Source of the DNA: Piromyces finnis finn
Taxonomy: Eukaryota > Fungi > Neocallimastigomycota
Reading direction: 5' to 3'
Assembly: GCA_002104945.1 (NCBI GenBank)
Contig: MCFH01000076.1
Location: forward strand, 1-64,000
Length of the DNA stretch: 64,000 bases
Part shown: positions 50,104 through 61,403 of the stretch, piece after piece
Position numbering within the stretch: position 1 is the first letter of the stretch
Layout: the number at the start of each line of letters is the position of its first letter
Notes under the pieces: generated by a model
Databases searched by the model: none
What the model was told of the DNA's origin: nothing
Seen by the model: only the letters and a program-made list of their open reading frames with translations
Position numbers and translations under genes: made by a program

Positions 50104-53100
50104 GAAAATCAACCCACACCTGAAGAAATCGTGGAGAAGTACTACCACAATTTCAAAGAAGCATTTAATGAAGAGATAGCTAACCAGCTACCAGAACACC
50201 GTCCTTACGACTGTAAGATCGACCTGGAGCCGGATGCTAGTCTCCATAAAGGGCCTATATATCCCTTCAATCCAGAAGAGGAAAAAGCATTGAAGGAATA
50301 TATAGAGGAAAACCTGGCAAAGGGCTTCATCAGGAAGTCAGAGAGTCCTGCAGGTTATCCTGTGTTATTCGTGCCCAAAAAGAGTGGTGAAAGACGATTA
50401 TGTACTGATTATAGGCGTCTTAATAAGGTAACAGTGCGTAACTCCTTCCCCTTACCACTCATCAGTCAAGTGTTCGAGGCTATGAAAGGCGCGACTATCT
50501 TCTCCAAGTTGGATTTGAAGTCTGCCTACAACCTCGTGCGTATTCGTGAAGGTGACGAATACAAGACGGCATTCTCAACCAAGTTTGGGCATTATGAATA
50601 TCTAGTGATGCCATTTGGGTTGACTAATGCTCCTGCCACGTTCCAAGGGTTCATTAATACGGTGCTGGCAGAGGAAATCAATGACTGCTGTCAAGTGTAC
50701 TTGGATGATATCATCATCTACTCCAAGTCACTTGAAGAGCATGTAGGGCATGTAAAAAGAGTCCTACAAAAGCTAATAGATAATCGTCTAGTAGCTAAAT
50801 TAGCGAAGTGTGAGTTCCACAAGGAAGAACTTGCATTCCTGGGTCATGTAGTTGGAAAATATGGTATTAAAACCGACCCAGAGAAGTTAAAAGCTGTAGC
50901 AAGTTGGCCACAACCAACCAACCTCAAAGAACTACAGTCATTCCTCGGATTCTGCAACTATTATAGGAAGTTTATAAAGGACTTCTCTAAGATAGCAAGG
51001 CCGTTATATGCTATGACGTCCAAAAAGGTACAGTTCCTGTGGAATGAAGAACGCATCCAGGCGTTCGAGAAGTTAAAAGAAATGCTGTTGTCTCCACCAG
51101 TATTAGCGTATCCTGACCATGACCGTCAGTTCATAGTGGAGTGCGACGCTAGTAACTACGCGATGGGTGGTGTACTATCACAACTAGGCGATGACAATGA
51201 ACTACACCCTGTGTATTACTATTCCAAGAAGCTTACGAAAGCAGAAATCAACTACTCCATCACGGAAAAGGAGTTGTTGGCTATTAGGAATGCTTTCATC
51301 GAGTGGCGACACCTGTTGATGGGTGCGAAACATAAGGTCCTAGTATATAGTGACCATAGGAATCTCCTGTTCGCCACAAAACCACAGTTGTTGACAGCAA
51401 GACAGGCAAGATGGCAAGAGCTGTTTGCTGCATACAACTTCGAAATAATATATCGGCCAGGAAAAATGAATGGTAGAGCCGATATCCTATCAAGAATGGT
51501 ATCTCCAGAACAGGTACAACTGGAGATGGAAAAAGCTAGCCTCCTTCGACCTGAACAGGTAAAAGAATTTCCACCCGTGGAAGAAGAGTGCTATGCGGTG
51601 TTAGAAGTAAGCTTTGTGGGAGAATTGAAACAAGCTTACAACACGGATGAGCTTGCTAGGGAAATTAGAGATGGTCTTGACGCAAAAAGAGGCCACAAGC
51701 TCATCAAAAAGAAGTGGTTGATGGTTAATGGGTTGATTGTTAGGAAGGATGCACCAGAACGTACATATGTACCAAAGGTGTTAAGGGAAACAATCATAAA
51801 ACTTAACCATGATAGTGAAACAGCGGGTCACTTAGGAAAGGATAAGACTTACGACCTGATAGCCAGAAACTATTACTGGCCAAAAATGAAGGATGACATT
51901 GCGGGTTATATTAAAGCTTGTACCATATGTTGTACCCAAAAGGACAACAGACACAAGCCGTACGGTAGCGCTGCTAGGGTAAAAGTTGCAGACTTACCTT
52001 GGCAAGAAGTAGAAATTGACTTCCTGACGGACCTACCTATTAAGGAACGCAGAAAACCAGGTAGTAGTCCCTCAGAACCTCCAGAAGTCACTAGAAGAGG
52101 TTGTATCATGGTTTGTAGCGATAAGTTAACCAAGATGATACACTTAGTGGGTTTTAGGAGTATGCCTACTGCTAAAGAAACAGCCTTAGCATACTTACAA
52201 CATGTATTCAAGTTACATGGTTGTCCCAAATCGGTTACTACGGATCGTGGTGTCCAGTTCACTAGTAAGTTGTGGAAGGACATTATGGGGTTCTTTGGCG
52301 TAGAAGTAAACCTTGCTACTACTGGCCATCATGAAACAGTTGGTCAGGTAGAACGTAACAACTCCTACGTAAGTATGTACCTTAGATGCTTTGTGAAGAC
52401 CTTTGATGACGACGAATGGTTGAAGTACTTGTACTTAGCTGAGTTCTGTTATAATAATGCAGTGCACAGTTCTACTAAGCAGTCCCCATTCCTAGCCTTG
52501 TATAACTACCAGGTACATATGAACCCTCAAGATTCAGAACTTGTCCACTCCCTTGGCGAAGCTCCTGTATTAGATAGCTTCGCTCACAACTTAGGTAACT
52601 TAAAGCACATGCTGGACATATCAAGAACACGGTTCTTAGACCACTTGGACCATAGAAGAGAACTTAACTACCCTAAAATTAGACTCATGGATTTGGTGTG
52701 GTTAAGAAAACCAGAAAATTACAACCCTCTTCCCTTCTACAAGCTACAAGCAAGAAAGTACGGTCCCTTCAAGGTTATTGGAATTGATGAAAGCAAGCTT
52801 AACTACCGGTTGGATATCAGCAAGTCACCTTTCCCCAACGTCTACCCAGTGTTTCATATCAGTGAACTTGAACCATACCATAACAAACCTGAAGAACTAA
52901 CACCTGCACCAGTGGGCTACCAGAAAATCATCAAAATCATGAATGCTAGAAGAAAGAAGGATAACTACCAATACTTAGCTACCTTTAGTGACTTTAGGCA
53001 AGAGTGGGTTGATGCTGATATCATTGACAAGAACTCCCACTATGATAAGCTACTCAAGGAATTTCAAGATAAATGCTACCAGGAATTCATGGTTAGTGTC

Positions 53101-55535
53101 CAAAACCCTACCTAGGTTTTCTCCTTAGGGGGGCATTGTAAGAAATATTTGTGGCCATAAGTTTGCCCACAAATATTTCAATTGAAACCATATATTCTGG
53201 TCATCATTTATTGGCCAAATATATGTATAACCATATATTAATGGTTATTAATTAAATAGGAAGTTTATCTGCTTTACCCAATCAAGTGGTAAAGAAAATA
53301 AACTCATATAGTTAAATAGTATAGTCAAAACTAACGTTAAATACTTTAGCGTTAGTATTAAAGTAAATTAATAGCTATAATAATAATTAATGTAGATAAT
53401 TATAATTAATAAATAAAAGATATAATTAAAATATAATTATTTAAGTAAAAGTTATTTCATAAAATATTTATATAAGCGTTTATATTTATTTTAGTGTTAT
53501 AATATTTATTTTCTTTCTTTTATTATTTTTTATAAAACTTTATTTAGTTATTAACTCGTATAGAGAGGTAATAACTAACTTTGTAAAAGTTTTACTAAAC
53601 TTATAATTTAATATTAAAATATTAAATTAAATAAAAGGTTAAAAGATAACTAGGTTAGAAAAAAAAATGTTTTATTAAAATAATCTTAATTGATTTATAA
53701 ATGAATAATTATATTATGTATTATAGTTAAAATAATTCCTTTTTATTTTATTTAAAGAATATATATAATAATAAGATTATTTAATAGTAATACTTATTAA
53801 GTATTAATAAGATAATAATCTTTACAAAGATTTAATTCATAAAACTATTCTAAACTATTTATACTATTTGTAATTTTACATTTAATACTAAAATAACTTT
53901 TTAGTACATGATTATATTCATAATATATTTTATAATACTAAGGCTAAACTTAAGACTTACTACTAATTATTAAAAATAACTATTGTTTATATATTTATAA
54001 TATTAATTATTTCTTAATTATAATATAATTCATTGAATATAATATTAATAATTATAATCTTTTAATTCAAAGATTATAAATTATGTTATTGAAATAATTA
54101 TTATAAAATAAAGTTAATTAGTTCCGGAAAATAATTTTAATTTAATTAAACAATATTTTTTTTATACTTTGAGTGAATGATTTATGTTTGATATATCAGG
54201 GGTGATCATTCTCTGAATAAACAATTAATCATTGCTAACAAAATATCTTTAAATTGGAATATCTCGTGAACCAGCAGAGATATTGACCTGATTTTAAGAT
54301 ATGTTGTTTGTCTCGAGCGTGGCTTTCTAACGAACTTAATTATAACCAAAATATTTTTATTCAAAAATCGTCATTCGTTGAGGAGATACGCGTGTTTTTT
54401 CTTATTCCATTTTAACGATAAGGGTTAAAGTTATTTATTATAAAAATTATTAAGGGTTAAGGTCATATTTTAACCTTTTCTAAATTTTTAAATATTTCTT
54501 AATAAAATTTTATAATTTATTTGAAAATAAAATATTTGTTGATTTTGAATTTTCATAAGTGATTTCACAATTCCAAGTGATCTTGAAATTGTAATTTCAC
54601 TAGTATTCGTGACATCGCTCCGCCAAAAAAAATCGAATACCAGGCGATTGGAATAATATAAAATAAAGTTGTATAATAAAGTATAATTGAAATAAATTGA
54701 AGTAGTATATATTAAATATAAACCAATATATAGTTGTATGTGTAACATGAAATAAAATGGTAACTAAATAAAGAATATATTTAATATAATATGTTGAATA
54801 TATTGCAATATATGAAATAAAATTAAAAAACATTTTCTTGTGTAACATTCAGTCAAATTCATAAAATTTTTGAAAGAAATGTTGAAATTTAAATTGATCA
54901 TTGAGTGAAAAAATTGAAATTCGTACGAAAAATTAAAATTTGAATAAGAAATATTATTCCTAGGATATTGAAACACTTTTTATTTTTGAAAAATGTTAAC
55001 ATTTGCTAAAATAATTGAAATTTCAAAAATTGATCAAATAAACTTTAATTAATATGATTTTGAAAAAAAAAAATTTTTGAAATTTTTGAAAAATTTTTAA
55101 TAATAAAAAATTTTTTCATTAAATACAAAAAAAATTTTGAACTAAACTTTTGAAAAAATGTCACTGAAAGAATATTGATTTTAATGATCGATCGAGATAG
55201 TGACAATATTGAAATTGATACTATTGAATAGAGAATAAAATAAGCATTAACAACATATAAATATTTGTAATTGTACTGCTAAAATAAATTGAAAATTATT
55301 CTCTTTAAATATTTAATTTTCATTATAAAAATTTTGTGTTTTAAATTAAATAAATTGATAAAATTGTTGGATCAAAAATTATTGAATTGAAATTTAACAT
55401 TCATAGAAAAAAATTTTTGAAATTTGTGTTGAAATGTATTAGATGAGTAATACAAATTATAATAAAACATAATGTTAGTGAAAGATATTAATAAATTTTT
55501 AAAAAAATAAAATTGTTGAAATGCAATTTAAAGAA

Positions 55536-58500
55536 TTAGATTTTGTGTTTTCTAATACTTTTATTGAATTGAATTAATAATTCTTGATATCTTGGGTCAC
55601 TTTCTATTACTGTAGCAGGAACCCAGTGCCAACTTAGGCGGTGATTATAACGAATTTTATATTCGTAGCGTTTTTCTTTATAATTTGTCCTAAAGTCACC
55701 AATTTCTATAATTTCTGCATTAGTTTCTTTATATTTAAATCTATTTTTAAATTTATCTGGCGTAGATACATAAGGTTCAAGTTCCGATATGTGAAATACA
55801 GGGTGGTGTTTTGGAAAAGGTGATTTTGAAATATCTATTTTATAATTACCATTGTTTAAAACTTCTAAAACCTTGTAAGGACCATACTTACGAGGCGCTA
55901 GTTTGGTATTTTCAGTAGTAGCAAAAGCAGGAGGTGCATGAATCCAAACTTTTTGTCCTTCATTCAATTCAGGAGCAATAATTCTTTTCTTATCGGCAGC
56001 TCTTTTGTATAAATCTTGAGATCTAAGCAAAACATCTTTAACTAAAAGGAAATTTTTACTAACATCTTTAATGTATTTAAAGTTTGAATCAGAACCTTGA
56101 AACAAAAAGACATCATCCATAGGTGGGTGGAATCCATAATTAATGAAAAATGGAGTTTGTTTTGTAGATTCATGAACAGTATTATTATAAACAAATTCAG
56201 CTAGATGTAACCATTCAATCCAGTCATCGTGGAAAAATGTTCTTGAATAGCAACGTAAATATTGTTCAATGAAAGAGTTACAACGTTCTACTTGACCAAC
56301 GGTCTCATGGTGATCTGTGGTAGCTATTTTTGGCTTAACACGCAATTTTTCCATAATTTCTATCCATAAAGCACTAGTAAATTGTGTTCCTCTGTCCGTA
56401 TAAATATCTGTAGGTAGTCCATGGAGTTTAAAAATATTTTTTAGGAAAGCTTTGGCAGTTTCTTCAGCTGTAGGTATTTCTTTGAACGGAATAAGGTGAA
56501 TCATTTTTGAAAAGCGATCTACAACAACCATTATAACGGAAAACTTTTTTGATTCAGGGAGACCACAAAGAAAATCGATTTCAATAGATTTCCAAGGGCG
56601 ATCAGGAATTTCTAAAGGTCTTAAAAGATCATATCTTTTATGTCTATTAACTTTATTTCTGGAACATTGTTCGCAAGAATTGACAAAATTTACGATATCT
56701 TGATGCATTTTGGGCCACCAAAAATTACGGTTAATTAGTTCTTCAGTTCTTCGAATACCTAAATGTCCAGCAGTAGCGTTATCATGGTACCTGGTTAAAA
56801 TATCTACATGAAGTTTTTCTGGTACATAAATTAAATTATTATATAAAATTAAATTATTTTTTATTTTAAATTTTTCCATTTTTCTGAAAGGTCTGTAAAA
56901 GTAACCTTGATTAGCATTATTAGGACTAAAGTAAAGATAAATATTATTCGCATTTTCATCATCCTTATAATTTTCTATTATTTGATCAATGAGAGAACCA
57001 ACAATACCAACAAAACATGGAGTATCGGGAACGTTTTTATAATCTAATATATGTTCTGGTTTAGGTTCAACATTATTTTTCTCGTAATCAGGTCTTCTTG
57101 ACAAACTATCAGGTTTACCATTTTTTCTTCCTTGGCGGTATATTAATTGAAAATTATATTCTTGGAAAAATAAATGCCAACGATGTTGACGTTGGTTTCC
57201 GACTTTACCACCTAAGGTGTATAGAAGGTTTTTATGGTCAGTAAAAACGGTTACTTGGTATTTAGCACCTAGTAATAAATGTCTCCAGGTAGAAAATGCA
57301 CATTTTATAGCTAAAAGTTCCTTTTCAGTAATTGAATAATTTAATTCAGCATTGTTTAAACATCTTGAATAATATGCTACAGGATGTAATTTGTTATCTT
57401 CATCCTTTTGAGAAAGTATACAACCAATGGCAAAATTACTAGCATCGCATTCGACAATAAATGGTTTGGTTGGATCTGGATGTAATAAAATAGGTGAAGA
57501 GATTAGTCTCTTTTTTAATTCTAAAAATGAGTTATTACATTTATCATTCCAATTAAAACTAGTATTTTTCTTTGTTAAATTGTGAAGCGGTTTAGCAATA
57601 GTAGCAAAATCTTTTATAAATCTTCTATAATAGTTGCATAATCCAACAAAGCGTTGAACATCTTTTACACAATTAGGTGTAGGCCATTCTTGGACAGATT
57701 TAATTTTCTTTGGATCAGTAGATATACCATTGCCTGATATAACGTGTCCTAAAAATTCAACTTCTGGCTTGTGAAATTCACATTTCTTTAATTTAGCAAA
57801 TAAATTATTTTTGAGCAATGTTTGGAGAACAGTACGAACATGTTGTATATGTTCATCTAATGTTTCCGAGTAAATCAGAATATCATCTAAATATAAAATA
57901 ACAAATTTTTCTAAATAAGGGCGTAATACTGAATTAATAAATGATTGAAATGTAGCAGGGGCATTTCTTAAACCAAAAGGCATTACTAAATATTCATAGT
58001 GACCATATTTAGTTCTAAAAGCTGTCTTATATTCGTCTCCTTCACGAATACGCACTAAATTGTAAGCAGAACGAAGATCTAATTTTGAAAAGAATTTAGC
58101 ACCTTTCACTCTTTCGATAATATCAGTAATTAGAGGAAGTGGGTAAGAATTGCGAATTGTAACTGCATTTAATTTTTTGTAATCAATACAAAGACGTAAC
58201 GATCCATCCTTCTTTTTCTGAAATAAAACAGGATAACCAGCTGGAGATTCAGATGGTCTAATGAATCCTTTCTTGAGATTTTCATCTATGTATTCTTTAA
58301 GAACTTGGGATTCATCTTCAGATAGAGGATATATAGGACCATAATGTAAAGAAGCATCTTTTTGTAAAACGATTTTACAATCCGTTAGCCTATGTGGTGG
58401 TAGTTTATCAGCCTTAACCTTGCTGAAAACTTCCGCTAAATCACGATATGGTTCTGGTACTTCTTCTAATTTGAAGTCTTCTTCATTATCATCTTCATCA

Positions 58501-59243
58501 TCAGTATTATAATCTTTTTCACTATTAGCTAAAAATGAGTGAATAAAGTAATTATAGCTGAAATTTTGATATTTTGGTTTAGAGTAATTTTTCAAATTAT
58601 TAAAAGATGTATTGGAAGTTAATTTATTATGATTAATGTTTTTAATTTTTAAATTTTTGGATTTATTCAATCGGTTTTTATTAATTTTATATATAATTTT
58701 ATTAGAATTTAATTTTTTAAAATTGTTAAAATTTAAACTTGAATATACAAAATTTTTATTATAATTAAAATGTAGTTGATATTTGTGTAAAAATTTATTG
58801 CCTAATAACAAATCTGTTGGAAGATTTTTAATAATTAGAAATTTTTCTTTAAAAGTAATTAAAAATTTTGAATGATTAATATAGATAGTAGTCTTAAAAT
58901 ATAAGAAGGTGTATGTATCAATAAATATTGAACCACTAATTCCATTTATTTCAATTGAGTGTAATAATTTGTGTGGTTTTAGTTTTAATTTATTGACCAA
59001 GTTGATTGAAATAAAGTTGCAATATGAGCCACTATCTAAAATTAAATTGTATTGATTTTTATTAATTGAATTTTTTAAATCATAAAGTTTGTTTAATTTA
59101 ATTGGGATAAAAAATTTTAAGTTGAAAAATGTTGTAGGCAATTTTTTATTTATTTTAGAGTCATATGTAGGAAAGTTGTAATGTATTATTTTTGTATTAT
59201 GAACTCTCTTAGACTCTCTTGAGAGTTCATTTCTTAGTTTTTT
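55536..59243 (-). CDS. pol: Pol of E (protease, RT, RNase H, integrase, divergent chromodomain-like tail), via -1 frameshift
   Basis: LILDSGS; YLDD; HHCC/DDE; frame is open from the slippery site at 59237-59243. Confidence 0.93.
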   Translation of the reverse strand, partial: KKLRNELSRESKRVHNTKIIHYNFPTYDSKINKKLPTTFFNLKFFIPIKLNKLYDLKNSINKNQYNLILDSGSYCNFISINLVNKLKLKPHKLLHSIEINGISGSIFIDTYTFLYFKTTIYINHSKFLITFKEKFLIIKNLPTDLLLGNKFLHKYQLHFNYNKNFVYSSLNFNNFKKLNSNKIIYKINKNRLNKSKNLKIKNINHNKLTSNTSFNNLKNYSKPKYQNFSYNYFIHSFLANSEKDYNTDDEDDNEEDFKLEEVPEPYRDLAEVFSKVKADKLPPHRLTDCKIVLQKDASLHYGPIYPLSEDESQVLKEYIDENLKKGFIRPSESPAGYPVLFQKKKDGSLRLCIDYKKLNAVTIRNSYPLPLITDIIERVKGAKFFSKLDLRSAYNLVRIREGDEYKTAFRTKYGHYEYLVMPFGLRNAPATFQSFINSVLRPYLEKFVILYLDDILIYSETLDEHIQHVRTVLQTLLKNNLFAKLKKCEFHKPEVEFLGHVISGNGISTDPKKIKSVQEWPTPNCVKDVQRFVGLCNYYRRFIKDFATIAKPLHNLTKKNTSFNWNDKCNNSFLELKKRLISSPILLHPDPTKPFIVECDASNFAIGCILSQKDEDNKLHPVAYYSRCLNNAELNYSITEKELLAIKCAFSTWRHLLLGAKYQVTVFTDHKNLLYTLGGKVGNQRQHRWHLFFQEYNFQLIYRQGRKNGKPDSLSRRPDYEKNNVEPKPEHILDYKNVPDTPCFVGIVGSLIDQIIENYKDDENANNIYLYFSPNNANQGYFYRPFRKMEKFKIKNNLILYNNLIYVPEKLHVDILTRYHDNATAGHLGIRRTEELINRNFWWPKMHQDIVNFVNSCEQCSRNKVNRHKRYDLLRPLEIPDRPWKSIEIDFLCGLPESKKFSVIMVVVDRFSKMIHLIPFKEIPTAEETAKAFLKNIFKLHGLPTDIYTDRGTQFTSALWIEIMEKLRVKPKIATTDHHETVGQVERCNSFIEQYLRCYSRTFFHDDWIEWLHLAEFVYNNTVHESTKQTPFFINYGFHPPMDDVFLFQGSDSNFKYIKDVSKNFLLVKDVLLRSQDLYKRAADKKRIIAPELNEGQKVWIHAPPAFATTENTKLAPRKYGPYKVLEVLNNGNYKIDISKSPFPKHHPVFHISELEPYVSTPDKFKNRFKYKETNAEIIEIGDFRTNYKEKRYEYKIRYNHRLSWHWVPATVIESDPRYQELLIQFNKSIRKHKI
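59199..59243 (-). promoter_or_regulatory. Programmed -1 ribosomal frameshift signal of E
   Basis: A AAA AAC just before the gag stop, 6-nt spacer, 10-bp hairpin ATGAACTCTC/GAGAGTTCAT. Confidence 0.85.
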
Positions 59244-60144
59244 GAGTTCATCTTTTGAACTTTATTGACATAATTATTATTATTGTTTGAATTTTGATAA
59301 TGGGTTTTATTCTTATTGAATTTCCTATTGTTTCTCTTATTGTAATGTTGATTTTTATTATTATTATTATTGATATTTAATTTATTATTAGTAGCAAGAG
59401 AATTTTCAAAAATTATACACTTTGTAACCATTTCACTTAAAGTGTTAGGTAAAATATCAGCTTTCTTAATTTCATTCTTATATTTTGGATGTAAACCATT
59501 TAAAAATATTAGTGAAAGACTAATGTCATCTATCTCTAAACAACGACTTAAATCTCTAAATTTGTTAATATAATCGTTCACTTTTCCATAAGCTTGTCTT
59601 AATTCTATTAATTGAATCATGGCTAATTTGGTACTGGTAACATTTGAAAAAGCTTTGTTTAATTCACTTAATAGTTCGTTCATAGTCATAGGAGTAATAC
59701 CATCTTTATATTTAATATGATACCAAGTTCTGGCAGAATCACGTAATCTAACAACAACAAAGTTAATTTTTACTTCTTCAGATAGTTGATTGTTAGGTGA
59801 AGTTTTAAAGGTAGCTTGGCAGAGTTCGCAGAATAACTCAGTCTGAGTAGTATCACCAGTAAAGAATCCTGGATCTGGTACTTGTTTGATAGGATAGGTT
59901 CTATTACGCATTATAACATCATGATCTTCATCATAATCAGTAGAAGATTCCTCGGTTTCAGTATAATTAGCACGACTCTTAAGTTCCTTTAACATAGCAT
60001 CCATACGTTCTAACAAGGAGGTGGTATTTTTATCCAATTGTTGAGTGATATACTTGTCTAATTCACCACAAAGATTTTTCTTAAATTCTTCTAAATCTTG
60101 AGGCTTTAGGAATTGTTGAACTGGTTTAGGTGTTGGTTGAGTCA

Positions 60145-60145
<1 letters not shown>
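59234..60145 (-). CDS. gag: Gag of element E
   Basis: 303-aa ORF following the PBS; capsid-like PDPGFFTGD motif; no CCHC. Confidence 0.88.
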
Positions 60146-60175
<30 letters not shown>

Positions 60176-61329
60176 TTAAATTAAGTTTTTTCCTAAGGTA
60201 GTTATGGTAAAAAACGCGGTAAAGATTATTGTAAAAGTTTTACTAAACTTATAATTTAATATTAAAATATTAAATTAAATAAAAGGTTAAAAGATAACTA
60301 GGTTAGAAAAAAAAATGTTTTATTAAAATAATCTTAATTGATTTATAAATGAATAATTATATTATGTATTATAGTTAAAATAATTCCTTTTTATTTTATT
60401 TAAAGAATATATATAATAATAAGATTATTTAATAGTAATACTTATTAAGTATTAATAAGATAATAATCTTTACAAAGATTTAATTCATAAAACTATTCTA
60501 AACTATTTATACTATTTGTAATTTTACATTTAATACTAAAATAACTTTTTAGTACATGATTATATTCATAATATATTTTATAATACTAAGGCTAAACTTA
60601 AGACTTACTACTAATTATTAAAAATAACTATTGTTTATATATTTATAATATTAATTATTTCTTAATTATAATATAATTCATTGAATATAATATTAATAAT
60701 TATAATCTTTTAATTCAAAGATTATAAATTATGTTATTGAAATAATTATTATAAAATAAAGTTAATTAGTTCCGGAAAATAATTTTAATTTAATTAAACA
60801 ATATTTTTTTTATACTTTGAGTGAATGATTTATGTTTGATATATCAGGGGTGATCATTCTCTGAATAAACAATTAATCATTGCTAACAAAATATCTTTAA
60901 ATTGGAATATCTCGTGAACCAGCAGAGATATTGACCTGATTTTAAGATATGTTGTTTGTCTCGAGCGTGGCTTTCTAACGAACTTAATTATAACCAAAAT
61001 ATTTTTATTCAAAAATCGTCATTCGTTGAGGAGATACGCGTGTTTTTTCTTATTCCATTTTAACGATAAGGGTTAAAGTTATTTATTATAAAAATTATTA
61101 AGGGTTAAGGTCATATTTTAACCTTTTCTAAATTTTTAAATATTTCTTAATAAAATTTTATAATTTATTTGAAAATAAAATATTTGTTGATTTTGAATTT
61201 TCATAAGTGATTTCACAATTCCAAGTGATCTTGAAATTGTAATTTCACTAGTATTCGTGACAAACTTAATTAACTAATTAGCAACTTATTAACTAATATT
61301 ATAAAAAACCTTTTACAAAATTAAAAGTG

Positions 61330-61403
61330 GCTCGCGTAGCCTAATTGGATAGGGCGTCAGACTTCTAATCTGAAGATTGCGGGTTCGAGTCCCGCCGTGA
61401 GTG
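61330..61403 (+). tRNA. tRNA-Arg(TCT): tRNA-Arg, anticodon TCT, intronless
   Basis: Full cloverleaf; identical to the 779-852 copy; TTTTT shortly downstream. Confidence 0.97.

Larger units (their letters stand above)
40721..53115 (+). pseudogene. gag-pol: Gag-Pol of A (40721-40789 joined to 47599-53115), interrupted near the N-terminus by B
   Basis: MKNTG...TSFV joins in frame to RDGTRP after removing B and one TCGTA; YDTGS, YLDD, HHCC/DDE; divergent chromodomain-like C-terminus. Confidence 0.9.
53582..61262 (-). mobile_element. Intact Ty3/gypsy element E; LTRs 53582-54614 and 60230-61262
   Basis: 1033-bp LTRs; TSD AACTT; PPT GGCGGAGCGA; nested in the 3' LTR of A. Confidence 0.97.
39926..61317 (+). 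mobile_element. Ty3/gypsy element A; 5' LTR 39926-40420, 3' LTR 53137-53581 + 61268-61317; hosts B and E
   Basis: 495-bp LTRs; TSD AAATC/AAATT (one mismatch); PPT AGGGGGGCAT; gag-pol ORF. Confidence 0.93.

Noticed and set aside
585-59573. Numerous 60-140-aa ORFs in the track
   Set aside because: They are antisense or alternate-frame shadows of gag-pol, or low-complexity AT-rich frames with non-ATG starts and no recognisable motifs
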